NCBI GenBank assembly: GCA_013416795.1 | Contig: RQSC01000032.1 | Location: 517,704-581,703, forward strand | DNA: 64,000 nt | From: Prasinococcaceae sp. CCMP 1430 | Taxonomy: Eukaryota; Plantae; Prasinodermophyta | Direction of reading: 5' to 3' | Part shown: positions 21,486 to 32,291 of the stretch, piece by piece | How the letters are laid out: every line of letters starts with the position of its first letter | Position numbering within the stretch: position 1 is the stretch's first letter | Program-made: the position numbers and the translations under genes | The notes under the pieces: generated by a model | Databases searched by the model: none | What the model saw: only the letters and a program-made list of their open reading frames with translations | What the model was told of the DNA's origin: nothing

Positions 21486-23777
21486 GTGCGGCGCGGCGCG
21501 GGCCGGAGCGGCGGTCGGCGGCGCGCCCGGGTCGCGCGGCGAGAGGCGCGCCGCGCGCGATGGGTCGCGTACGCTCCCGCTCCCACGCCCGCGCCCGGTG
21601 GCGAGACCAAGCGGGGGTGGAATGCGGCGCCACGGCACCACGCGCGACGCGCGGCGGCGTGCGCCGCTCCCGCTGCTGCGACGGCCACAGCCTCTGCTGC
21701 GTTGACGGGCGTCCTCGACCCCGCCATCCTCGGCGCATGCGCCGCGGCGAGCGCCAAGATGCTCATCGTGTGCGCGGTCGTGTCGAAGCTCTCGTCGTCC
21801 GGCCGGCTGCCGCCCGAGACTCCTCGCGTGCTCTCCAAGGTGGCTTTCCAGCTGTGCATTCCCGCGTTCCTGTGCGCCAAGGTGGCGGGCACGATGGCCG
21901 CCCAGCCACTCGCGGACCTGGCGGCCATCCCACTGCTCGCGGCGCTCCAGGTGCTCGTCGGGCTCGCCGCTGGCTGGATGGGCACGCGGCTTTGCTACGG
22001 GCCTGCGAGGTGCGCACGCGCGCGCCGTGCATCGCCGCGCGCGCCTGCGGCGTGCGCGGCCGGCCGCGCGTGTCAGAGCACCAGCGAGCGATGTTCTGAC
22101 GACACGGGCGCCTCCTGCTCGCGGTCCGCCCGCGCCCGGCCGTCACCGCGCTCGCGCGCACGCCGCATGCGCCGCACGCAGCGAGTTTGAGGCCGAGCAG
22201 TCCGTCGCCGCGCCGAGCGCCGCCGCCGCGCTCACTGTCGGCGCCGCGGTGGGCGTTGGCCCTTCGGCCGCCGCCGCGTTCCTGCCTCCAGCGGCTTACC
22301 GCCCGCCGCCGCCAGACCGCCTCGGCCGAAGGCTCGCCCTCGCCGCGGCTGGCTTCGGAAACACGCTCACCCTGCCGCTGCTTTTCCTGTACGCGCTGCT
22401 TCCCGGCGCGGCGGCCGACGCAGCCGCGGGCTATGTGGCGCTCTTTCTCATCGGCTGGTCGCCCGCGCTGTGGAGCATCGGCTACGCGCTGCTCGTAGTG
22501 TCCGACGAGCGGGCGCAGGATGACACGCAGGGTGATGGCGACGCGCCCGGAAGTGCGTGCGCTCGCGCGCGAGGGGGAGCAGGGATAGGGCGCGGGGGCT
22601 ACCCTCACGAGCGCGAATGATGCTGCAAGCGGCGCGCCGGGCGCTCGCGACCGAGCGATAGGGGGGGGGGGGGGCGCCTGCTGACACCCGCGCCCTCCTC
22701 TTTGACTCTCTACACATGCGGCGCGCCTGCGCGCCGTCGCCATTGCTCACGCGCTCGCTCGCGCACAGCGGCGCCGGCAGCCACTGCGGCGGCGGTGCGT
22801 CGCCTCGCGCTCCCGCCGTCGGCGGCCTCCGAGCCTCAATCCGCCCAAAGCTTGTGGTCACGCGCGGGTCGCGCAGCGGCGAAACTGTGGAAGCGAGTGG
22901 CCAACCCGCCCCTAATAGCGATCCTGGTGGGCGTGACGATCGGCGTGACGCCCTTCGCGGGCGCTCTCTTCCCGCCGGAGGGCGTGGGCGCTACCGACGT
23001 GCTCGACTTCGTGCCACCGCAAGTGCGCCTGATGGGCCTGGCGATGCGCACGGCCGCGAGTGCGCTGGCGACGCTTGGCTCGGCCACGCTCGCCATCCAG
23101 GCGATCGTCCTCGGAGCCAGCCTCAGCTCGGCGGCGGCACGACTCGGGGGTCCGCCGGATTGGCGGCCACTGATCATCGCGTCGCTGAGCCGCTTCGTCG
23201 TGGTGCGTTCTCTGTTTCGCGCGGGCGCGGGCGCGCGCGCGCGGGCGCGAGAGCCTGGCTTGGGCCGAGGTGGAGTGGGCTGGGCTGGGCTGGGCTGGGG
23301 TCGGCCGGGCGGCATGGCGTTCGCGCGCTCTTCTCTCGTTTTCGCGCGCAAACGCCATGCCGCAGCTTCCACGGAGCCCACGCTTGTGCGTGGATTTCGG
23401 CGCAAGGCGCCCGAGCGACGCTGACACCCCTCGCGCTGCTCTCGCGGCGTTGGGCGCGCGCTTGCCCGTGCGCGTGCGTGCGCGCGAACTCGTTGTCCCC
23501 GCAGGTCCCTGCGACCACCCTTGCCGCGTGCGTGGCGCTCACCTCGGCGGGGCTCGCGCCCTCGGATCCGCGCATCCTCACCGTGGTTCTCGTGCAGTCG
23601 TGCATGCCCGCGGCCCAGAACCTCGTGCTGCTCGCCAACGTGGGCCCCGACGCGTCGCGCGCGGCCCCGGCCGTCTCGCGGCTGCTCCTTTGGCAGTACG
23701 CGATCGCGGCGGTGCCAGTGGCGCTGTGGATGAGCGTGTTCGGCGCGGCGGGGCTGCTCGGCGGCGTCGGCGGATGA
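21486..23777 (+). CDS. PIN-LIKES (PILS) / auxin-efflux-carrier family membrane transporter (start uncertain)
   Basis: Motifs LSKVAFQLCIPAFL, FGNTLTLPLLF, NPPLIAILVG, IVLGASL and QSCMPAAQNL. Introns 22010-22181, 22553-22768 and 23203-23504 all restore frame. Confidence 0.85.
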
Positions 23778-23952
23778 GGGCAAAGGAGGTGTGGCGCGGC
23801 GCGGCCCCGGACACGCCAGCGCTGCCCAAGCCTTAATACCGCCGCATCCTAATACGCTGGAGGGCGCGAGCGAGTGGGTGGTGTCGATCGCTCGCGCTGC
23901 GCCCCCGCGCGCGCTACGCGCGCGCGACGCGTGCGCGACGGGGCGCGCGCGC

Positions 23953-24132
23953 GGCGTGGCATTTGTCGGACGGACTCCGCCCGGTGACACATTGTTGAGC
24001 CTGCTGGAGGCTGATGGCCCGGGACAGACTGCCTATCTTTTAACCGGAAGTTATCGAGCGATACTCGATTATAATTGTTCGAATTTCTATGCCTTATCGG
24101 TGGGGTTGCTGGCTGATGCGATTGTTGAATAG
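23953..24132 (+). pseudogene. Bacterial-type lytic murein transglycosylase (MltB/SltB) C-terminal fragment
   Basis: LLEADGPGQTAYLLTGSYRAILDYNCSNFYALSVGLLADAIVE* matches the conserved MltB-family C-terminus (N/S-Y..I..YN.S..YA..V..LA). GC is sharply lower than the flanks and there is no N-terminal part. Confidence 0.8.
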
Positions 24133-24175
24133 GATTCTTCCCGTCACGGTCACCGCACTGGCATTGGCGGCTTGT
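24116..24175 (+). pseudogene. Start of a bacterial lipoprotein gene (signal peptide II), overlapping the transglycosylase stop
   Basis: The ATG at 24116 reads MRLLNRILPVTVTALALAAC: basic N-region, hydrophobic core and lipobox LAAC. Confidence 0.65.
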
Positions 24176-24566
24176 GTTTTGTGCGCGGCGGGGCGCGCGC
24201 GCGCGGCGTGGCATGGGGGCTGGGTTGGCGGGGCGGGGGTGGATGTGTAGGCTGCCAGGGCCCCCTTCGAGCCCGCTCCCCCTGCCGACGTCCCCCCCGA
24301 GGCGGCTTGCCCGCAGCAGCGCGGCGGGGCGGGCGGGGCACTCACCGCGCGTCCTCACGCGCCCCTTCGCGAAGGGGCATGCGTTCCCCCAACCCGGTGC
24401 CCGCGAGACGCGGATTCCGCCGGCGATGCCGGGGGCACTGGCTGGCACCCATCCCTTCCCGGCCAGGCCACATACTACTGGAGTCCTTGCTTGGCGCCGC
24501 TGCGCTCGGTCGGGCCGGGTCGGCTGCGCGCCCGGGTTCCGCCGCGGCCCACGTGGGCCAGCGCCT

Positions 24567-24607
24567 CGTACGTACGTAAGTACGTACGTACGTACGTACG
24601 TACGTAC
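24567..24607. repeat. (CGTA)n self-complementary microsatellite, about 10 units
   Basis: cgtacgtacgtaagtacgtacgtacgtacgtacgtacgtac. Confidence 0.95.
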
Positions 24608-25775
24608 ATCCCCTCTCCCCCCGCCGTGCCGGCGCCGCGCCGCGCCGCGCCGCGCGCAGCAGGGGGAACGGGCGCCCAGCCAGGGCGCGGATGGACGTCC
24701 CGGCCGCAGATGCAGATGCGCCGCACGCGTGGCGGCCGCCAGCCGGGTTGCGGGCCCCTATCTGAGGCGCGCGCGGCCGCCACCACTCGCGCGCGCGCGC
24801 GGGGCGCGCGCGCGCGCAGTGCGCGCCTGATTCGGCAGCCGCTGCTGCTGCAGCAGCTGCTCCACGTGCACGGACGGACGCAGGGCACGGACGGGCGGCG
24901 GCGTCGCACGCGCATATGCCTGTGCCATTACCGACATGCCTCCATCCATCCACAGCGCGCGCGCACGCGCGCATGGCCCGCCGGCGCGCATGACTCTCCC
25001 GTGGTTCACCATCCGGCGCATCCTCGTCATTGCGCATTGCCCTTTTTGCGCATCCCCCCCTCCTCCCCCCATCGCCGTCCCTCCCCCGTGTGCCTGTTCC
25101 GACGCCTGCTCGTGGTGATCTCTGCTCCGCGGTCGCAGGCGCGCGCGCGCGCGCGCGCGCACGCGCGCGCCCGCCGAAACCTCAACCTCGCGCCCTTGTG
25201 TCTCGCATCGAAACGTCAAAAGACATCCCTTGAGCGAGATTACCTAACCCTACAATCGCAGACCTCAATGGCGCGCGCGCGCGCGCGCGCGCGCGCGCGC
25301 GCGGTCGACGGCTGCTGCCTTCCCATCCTCTTCCGCCCCGCCGCGTCCATGCGTTTCGATGGGCGTTCTCCCGCGGGCGCGCGCGGGCCGCACAAAGGCG
25401 CCGGCCGCGATCCCGAGCCCGAGGCGGGGGGGAGGGGCCTCGCGGAGCGACGCGCGTTTCGGCCGCGCGCGACGGAAAGCGCCCGCGCGCAAAGGGCGCG
25501 CACCCCAACGCGCATGAACGTACGTCAACCCACATCCAAAAGCACCACTGCACATCACATATCAAACATAAAATACATGCTCAAAGAGCACGTCTCATGT
25601 CCACTTTGTATCAATAAAACAATAAAATGGTCGTACATAGTATTGCATTTATTGGGGCGTGCGTGCGACGCGGGGGCGGGGAGCGGCGTCGGTGGTTGTG
25701 CGGTTTGGTATTCCGCGGGTTCGGGCCGCCGGCGGCGCGCGCGCGCGAGGGTTGCTGGCGCCGCGCACGCGCGCG

Positions 25776-26360
25776 NNNNNNNNNNNNNNNNNNNNNNNNN
25801 NNNNNNNNNNNNNNNNNNNNNNNNNNNNNNNNNNNNNNNNNNNNNNNNNNNNNNNNNNNNNNNNNNNNNNNNNNNNNNNNNNNNNNNNNNNNNNNNNNNN
25901 NNNNNNNNNNNNNNNNNNNNNNNNNNNNNNNNNNNNNNNNNNNNNNNNNNNNNNNNNNNNNNNNNNNNNNNNNNNNNNNNNNNNNNNNNNNNNNNNNNNN
26001 NNNNNNNNNNNNNNNNNNNNNNNNNNNNNNNNNNNNNNNNNNNNNNNNNNNNNNNNNNNNNNNNNNNNNNNNNNNNNNNNNNNNNNNNNNNNNNNNNNNN
26101 NNNNNNNNNNNNNNNNNNNNNNNNNNNNNNNNNNNNNNNNNNNNNNNNNNNNNNNNNNNNNNNNNNNNNNNNNNNNNNNNNNNNNNNNNNNNNNNNNNNN
26201 NNNNNNNNNNNNNNNNNNNNNNNNNNNNNNNNNNNNNNNNNNNNNNNNNNNNNNNNNNNNNNNNNNNNNNNNNNNNNNNNNNNNNNNNNNNNNNNNNNNN
26301 NNNNNNNNNNNNNNNNNNNNNNNNNNNNNNNNNNNNNNNNNNNNNNNNNNNNNNNNNNNN
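25776..26360. other. Assembly gap (N run), probably containing the transketolase 5' exons
   Basis: Continuous Ns immediately upstream of an intron 3' end (GCTGAC...CGCAG at 26440). Confidence 1.
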
Positions 26361-26440
26361 CCGCGCCGCCACCGAGCCGCCGCTCGCGCGCGCGACCCGC
26401 CGCTGACGCGTGCGCTCCCCTCGACGCCGCGCCCGCGCAG

Positions 26441-28108
26441 GTGACCACCGGCCCCCTGGGCATGGGCATCGCCATGGCGGTCGGCCTCGCCGGCGCCGAG
26501 AAGCACCTCGCGGCCCGCTTCAACAAGCCGGACTGCGAGCTCGTTGACCACTACACGTACGTCATCATGGGCGACGGCTGCAACCAGGAGGGCATCAGCA
26601 ACGAGGCCGCCTCGTTCGCGGGCCACCAGGGCATGGGCAAGCTCATCGCGCTGTACGACGACAACAAGATCACCATCGACGGCCACACCGACATCTCGTT
26701 CACCGAGGACGTGTGCGCGCGCTACGAGGCGCTCGGCTGGCACGTGCAGCACGTCGAGGACGGCAACTGCGACATGGACGGCCTGCGCAAGGCCATCGAC
26801 GCCGCCAAGGCCGTCACCGACAAGCCCTCGCTGATCAAGGTGACCACCATCATTGGCTACGGCTCGCCCAACAAGGCCAACTCGCACGACGTGCACGGCG
26901 CCGCGCTCGGCGCCGACGAGGTGCAGGCCACCCGCGACATGCTCAAGTGGGAGCACGAGCCCTTCGTCGTCCCCGAGGACGTCAAGGCGGCGTTCGACCA
27001 CACCGAGCGCGGTGCCGCCGAGGAGGCCGCGTGGAACGCCACGCTCGCCGACTACGAGTCCAAGTACCCCGAGGACGCCGCCGAGTTCAAGCAGCTCATC
27101 TCGCGCGAGCTGCCCGAGGACTGGGAGTCGTCGCTCGACGCGCTCGACTACTCGCCGGGCAACAACGAGGCCGCCTCGCGCATCCACTCGCAGAGCTGCC
27201 TCAACGCGCTCGCCACCACGCTGCCGGGCCTGATCGGCGGCTCGGCCGACCTCGCCCCGTCGAACATGACGCTCATGAAGATGTTCGGCGACTTCCAGAA
27301 GGACACGCCCGAGGAGCGCAACGTGCGCTTCGGTGTGCGCGAGCACGCGATGGGCGCCATCGCCAACGGCTTTGCGCTGCACAAGTCGGGCCTCGTCCCC
27401 TACTGCGCCACCTTCTTCATCTTCAGCGACTACATGCGCTCCGCCATGCGCATGTCCGCCCTCTCGGAGATCGGCACCATCCACGTCATGACCCACGACT
27501 CGATCGGCCTCGGCGAGGACGGCCCCACCCACCAGCCGGTGGAGCACCTCGCGTCGTTCCGCGCCATGCCCAACATGTACATGATGCGCCCCGGTGACGG
27601 CAACGAGACCGTCGGCATGTACAAGGTCGCCGTGAAGTCGCGCAACACGCCGTCGACGCTCGCGCTCTCGCGCCAGAAGCTCACCAACCTCCCGGGCACC
27701 TCCGTCGAGAAGGCCATGCTGGGCGCCTACACCGTGTCGGACAACACGCCCGAGGGTGAGACCCCCGATGCCATCATCATCGGCACCGGCTCGGAGCTCG
27801 AGAACGCCTACAACGCCGCCGAGACCGTGCGCGCGGAGGGCAAGAACGTGCGCTGCGTGTCCATGCCGTGCTGGGAGCTGTTCGACGCCCAGAGCGCGGA
27901 GTACCAGGAGGAGGTGCTCCCCGCGGCGTGCACTGCGCGCGTCTCGATCGAGGCGGGCAGCACCATGGGCTGGGGCAAGTACATCGGCACCGCCGGCAAG
28001 GCCGTCGGCATCGACACCTTCGGTGCCTCCGCCCCGGCTGGCCAGCTCTACGAGAAGTTCGGCATCACGACCGAGACGGCCGTCGAGGCGCTCAAGAGCG
28101 TGTGCTAG
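26441..28108 (+). CDS. TKL: Transketolase (plastid type), 3' exon
   Basis: VTTGPLG, the TPP-binding GDG...EG...DDN motif, [34 protein letters not shown] and FGASAP. Strong codon bias. Confidence 0.97.
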   Translation: MTTGPLGMGIAMAVGLAGAEKHLAARFNKPDCELVDHYTYVIMGDGCNQEGISNEAASFAGHQGMGKLIALYDDNKITIDGHTDISFTEDVCARYEALGWHVQHVEDGNCDMDGLRKAIDAAKAVTDKPSLIKVTTIIGYGSPNKANSHDVHGAALGADEVQATRDMLKWEHEPFVVPEDVKAAFDHTERGAAEEAAWNATLADYESKYPEDAAEFKQLISRELPEDWESSLDALDYSPGNNEAASRIHSQSCLNALATTLPGLIGGSADLAPSNMTLMKMFGDFQKDTPEERNVRFGVREHAMGAIANGFALHKSGLVPYCATFFIFSDYMRSAMRMSALSEIGTIHVMTHDSIGLGEDGPTHQPVEHLASFRAMPNMYMMRPGDGNETVGMYKVAVKSRNTPSTLALSRQKLTNLPGTSVEKAMLGAYTVSDNTPEGETPDAIIIGTGSELENAYNAAETVRAEGKNVRCVSMPCWELFDAQSAEYQEEVLPAACTARVSIEAGSTMGWGKYIGTAGKAVGIDTFGASAPAGQLYEKFGITTETAVEALKSVC

Positions 28109-28490
28109 ATTGGCGCAGCTCTCGCTGTGGTGGACTCTCGCCCTCTTGTAAGGAAAAAGATCATAAGCCGAACGGACGCGCGCGCGCCGCGAGCGCCCGC
28201 GGGTCGGTGGGTCTCATACTTTGGTCGCCGTCCGTCTCAACTCTCGGAACCCAGCATGATGGCACGGCGACATCAGTGCGCGCCCGAGGGATTCGGCGGT
28301 TCCCCCGCGCGCGCGCCCGTCGTACGACGGGCTCCCTCGCGCGGCGGGCGGACGGGGCGCCACACGACCGCGACGTGGCGGAGCCCCAGCCTCCCAGCCG
28401 GCGCGGCGCGTGGCGCCCCGCGGGAGGGGTCGGAGCCAGGCGCGGAGCGCGTGCGGCGAGCGCGCGAGCGGCGGCCCGGCCGAAGCGGCC

Positions 28491-29870
28491 ATGAAAGCGA
28501 ACAGCAACGCCATCGCTGGCGGCGGCGCTGCCGCCGGCAGCGGGGGCGAAGGGGAGCACGGGACAGTGTACACAACGCCGCAGGAGCAGACAAAAGCGCA
28601 CGCAGAAGCGGGCGACGCGGGCTGCCGGCACTCGGACGTGGAGCCGCAGCCGCCCGTGCAGTATGCGCATGTGGCCACGCACCGTGCGGACGCGCTTCAC
28701 GTTCACAGCGTGCTGTACGGGGACCAGGAAGGGAGCGCGCCGCATGCGCAGACGCAGCCCCCGCTGCATGCGCACGGATACTACCCGCAGGCACCAGCGG
28801 CTGCCGGCGCGGGCGTCGTCGTGGTCGGCGAGGGCAGGGGCGTGGGTGAGTACGAGGGCCACACGCGCATTGCCAACGTGCACTGGGCGCAGGCGGCGCA
28901 GCAGCACGTGGGGACGCCTTGCATGGCGCACAGAGCCTGGGCAGTCGCGGGCTACTCGCTCATGACGATGTCCCTGATGCTGCTAGTTGCCTGCTCCATC
29001 GCATCAGCCACAGACGGCGGCATCCGTCGGGCAGCTGTAGCTGGACAGTGCCTGATACAGCCTGCTGCGACAAGCGGCTGCGAGCACGCGGACGACAAGT
29101 TCTTCCCAGCAGTGTACGGTGCCACGTTCAGCCCCCGGGTGGCGGAGGCGGAGGCCCCTGCAGATGGCGCAGCCGACGCGGTTCGTGATGCCCAAGAGGG
29201 GGAGCTCGCCGATGGCTTCGACGGCGACGACCGGGACATCGTCGACCTTGACAGTGACGGGTCGTATATCTTTGCCCCGCGCGACAGCCCGGAGACGGTG
29301 ACGTGCCATGTGCTGCTTGTCGGCATGTCCCACGAGAGGGCGGACTCAGGATGGGGCATCTGCAAAGACACCGCGAAGAGATGGTTCGAAAGGGTGGGTT
29401 CGCGAGCTCCCGCGCCCACGCTTGATCTCGCCGCGTCCCGCGTGCCTTGGCGTCCAGGTTTGCTGACCGCGGAGTCGCGCTCGCGCCCCCCGCAGTACCG
29501 CGAGCGCCGCCCCGCCATAGTGAGGCCATGCTACCTCCCGAACGACCTTCCGCACTCGCGGGCGTATAACGGCAAGACAGTGTGCGCCGACCAACGCACG
29601 CTCGACTACGCGGTCGACGACTTCAAGGCCGTCATGATCATCGTTGCAGCCGCGGGTGGTGGGCTCGGCTCCGTCCTGTCAGGTTTCATCGTGCTGGCGC
29701 ACAGGTGCTCCAAGCGTCGCACGAGGCGCCTCGGCAACATGACAGCTGGCTACGCGTGGCCCGCGCCGCCCTTGCCGGGCGCAGTGGTGGGACCGGCAGG
29801 GGCTGCAGCGGGACCCCCGATAGCAGGGTCGCCAGTGGGACCGATCGCAGGGCCGCCGCTCCCCATGTAA
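28491..29870 (+). CDS. Hypothetical two-TM membrane protein with a Cys-rich loop and Pro-rich tail
   Basis: Long ORF with two hydrophobic segments (VAGYSLMTMSLMLLVACSIA; VMIIVAAAGGGLGSVLSGFIVLA). Probable in-frame intron 29394-29495. TGTAA overlaps the stop. Confidence 0.65.
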   Translation: MKANSNAIAGGGAAAGSGGEGEHGTVYTTPQEQTKAHAEAGDAGCRHSDVEPQPPVQYAHVATHRADALHVHSVLYGDQEGSAPHAQTQPPLHAHGYYPQAPAAAGAGVVVVGEGRGVGEYEGHTRIANVHWAQAAQQHVGTPCMAHRAWAVAGYSLMTMSLMLLVACSIASATDGGIRRAAVAGQCLIQPAATSGCEHADDKFFPAVYGATFSPRVAEAEAPADGAADAVRDAQEGELADGFDGDDRDIVDLDSDGSYIFAPRDSPETVTCHVLLVGMSHERADSGWGICKDTAKRWFERVGSRAPAPTLDLAASRVPWRPGLLTAESRSRPPQYRERRPAIVRPCYLPNDLPHSRAYNGKTVCADQRTLDYAVDDFKAVMIIVAAAGGGLGSVLSGFIVLAHRCSKRRTRRLGNMTAGYAWPAPPLPGAVVGPAGAAAGPPIAGSPVGPIAGPPLPM

Positions 29871-29987
29871 GCACACCCGCTCGGGCGCATGCGCAGAGTT
29901 TCGTTTTCGTCGCGAGCGCCGCAGCGCACCCGACCGCCACACCGCGCTCCCGGCGCGGCGGTTGCCTTCGATACGCGCGCCGCCGTC

Positions 29988-31997
29988 ATGAGCGCCGCCG
30001 CGGCGCGGCGTGCACCTGCGCTGGTGTGCGCGCGCCGCGCCGGCCATTGGCGACGCTCGGCGCCGGCGTCCGCCTCGCTGCCGCCGCAGGCCCGTGGGCG
30101 TGCGCGTCCGCCGTCACAGCAACCTCGGGCGCCTCGCTCGCTACGGAGCGATGGTCGCGCCCCGTGCGCATCGTCATCTCGACGGGTGACGTGAGCGGGG
30201 ACATGCACGGCGGTGCGCTCGTGCGTGCGCTGCGCGCGGCGGCGGCGCGCGCGGGCGTGCCGCTCGAGGTGTACGCGGTCGGGCAGAGCGCGCTCGCCGA
30301 CGCAGGCGCTGAGATGCTCGAGGACAACTCAGGAACGAGCTCCATCGGACTGGTGCGTGTGTCCATCGCATGCGCGCGCTTCTCCGCGCCTGCAAGCGCA
30401 AGGCAAGGCCCAGGCCGCGCGCCGATGAGCGGAGTCGCGCGCCCCCGCACCCTTCGCCGTCCTGACGCTCGGCTCGCGGCGCCGCCACGTGCGCATCCCG
30501 CGCGCGCAGTGGGAGGCGCTCCCACACGCTCTGCCCGCGTATCGCGCACAGCAGCGCGTGCGCGCATTTCTGCGAGCGACCCCGCCCGACGCGGTTGCCC
30601 TGATTGACTACCCTGGCGTCAACCTGCCCTTCGCACGCTGGCTGCGCGAGTGCGTGAGCACGGGGCGTGCGCGCATCGTGTACTACATCCCACCCAACGA
30701 GTGGTTGCTGTCTACCGCTCGCACGCCAGCGCTTGTGCGTGACAGCGACCGCGTGCTCTGCGTATACCCCGACGAGGCTGAGTACTACGAGGGCGCTGGC
30801 GCCGACGTGCAATTCGTGGGCCACCCCCTCGTCGACGAAATCAAGGTGCGGCCGCGCGGCGCTCGCAGCGCCGACCTGGCGCCCCGATGACGCTCGCCAG
30901 CGCGTGGGCCTCGCACGAGCGGTGCCGTTGCAGGGGGCTGAATGCATTCGCTGACACGGACTGGCTCCTGGCACATCATCTCATCCGTGCACGTGCCTGC
31001 CCGCGCGACACCTCTGGATCCAACAGGCGGCTGGCACGCGCGAGCAGGCTCGGGCGAGGCTGGGCGTGGGGGCATCAGACGTAGTCGTCGCGCTGGTGCC
31101 CGCGAGCCGGGCGCAGGAGGTCCGCATGGTGCTGCCGCCGCTCGCGCGCACGGCAGCGAAGTTGCGGGCGCGGCTGCAGGCGGAGGGTGCCCGAGTGCGT
31201 GTCCTGGTGCCCCTCGCGACGGAGTCGTTGCGCGCTCCGCTTGAAGAGGCGCTCGCGGCCGAGGAGCTCGGGGATGCCTTGCTCGTAGAGCCAGGTGCGT
31301 GTTCGCGCCGCAGCGCCACGCGAGCAAATGAGTTGAAACGCCGCGTGTGTCGCGCGCGCGCTGACCCTGGCTTTCCGTCGGACACAGGGGCGGCCAGACG
31401 CGACGTGCTCGCCGCCGCGGACCTCGCGCTTTGCAAGACTGGCTCCGTGAATGTCGAGCTCGCGCTGCTGGGCGTTCCCCAGGTGGCGTGCTACAAAGTC
31501 GGCGCCATATCCGCGGCCATCGCGCGCAGGCTGCTCAAGTTCGACCCCGATAGCACGCACATCAGCCTGGTGAACCTCGTGCTCGACGAGCGCGTGCACC
31601 CCGAGTTCGTGCAGGAGGCGTGCGATGTGTCCAATGTGGACAGCCTCGGTGCGTTTGTGGCGTGTGGGCGTGCCCGACGGATGAGCGCGTGCCATGAAGC
31701 GCGTGCTCGGCGTGCGCGAGCCCGCGCATGCACGCCTGCTCTGACCTCCCCCACGCGCTGCGGCGCGTGCCTGCACTTCACCGCCCAGTCGACGCAGCAT
31801 GGGCGCTCCTCAAAGACAAGGGCGGCGCGCGGCGGCGCACCGCCGAGGCCTACGCGCGCCTTCGCGAGGCGCTCGGCGGCGGCGGGGCGGCGGACCGCGC
31901 CGCTGCCGAGGTGCTCGCGCAGGCGCTCGAGGCCTACCGGCAGCGCGTGCCCACCGACTGGCTCGACGCGCGCAGCTGGCGCGACGCGAGCTGGTAG
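29988..31997 (+). CDS. lpxB: Lipid-A-disaccharide synthase (start uncertain)
   Basis: Motifs STGDVSGDMHGG, IDYPGVN, YYIPPNEW, FVGHPL, LVPASRAQE, TGSVNVELAL, ISLVNLV and PEFVQ. Introns 30353-30509, 30846-31026, 31295-31387 and 31649-31788 join in frame. Confidence 0.9.
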
Positions 31998-32291
31998 CGG
32001 GCAGGAGGGGGTCGGCGGTTTGCCTCTTACTGTTGTATATTCGTTCTTGTACAATTTTGCAGGTTCCTTCGCCAGGGTCGCTATCCATGTCGGCGGGTTA
32101 GGCCGCCTCCCAACGTGGGGAGGGACGGTTATAGTCGGTCGCGAGGGTGAGCGACCAGCCCTTCCCCTCGGGCTGTGGAGACTCACCGGCACGCGTGCAC
32201 CATCGCAGGGGGTCGCGGCGCCTCGAAGCGCCTGGACACCTTCATGCCACCGAAAGGGTCCCATACCTTCCGGCGCAGGCGCGCACGGCGA

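Noticed and set aside
24491-26440. Apparent 650-aa N-terminal extension of transketolase (and the similar 1172-aa SerRS ORF)
   Set aside because: These are ORF-caller read-through across non-coding GC-rich DNA and N gaps or homopolymers.
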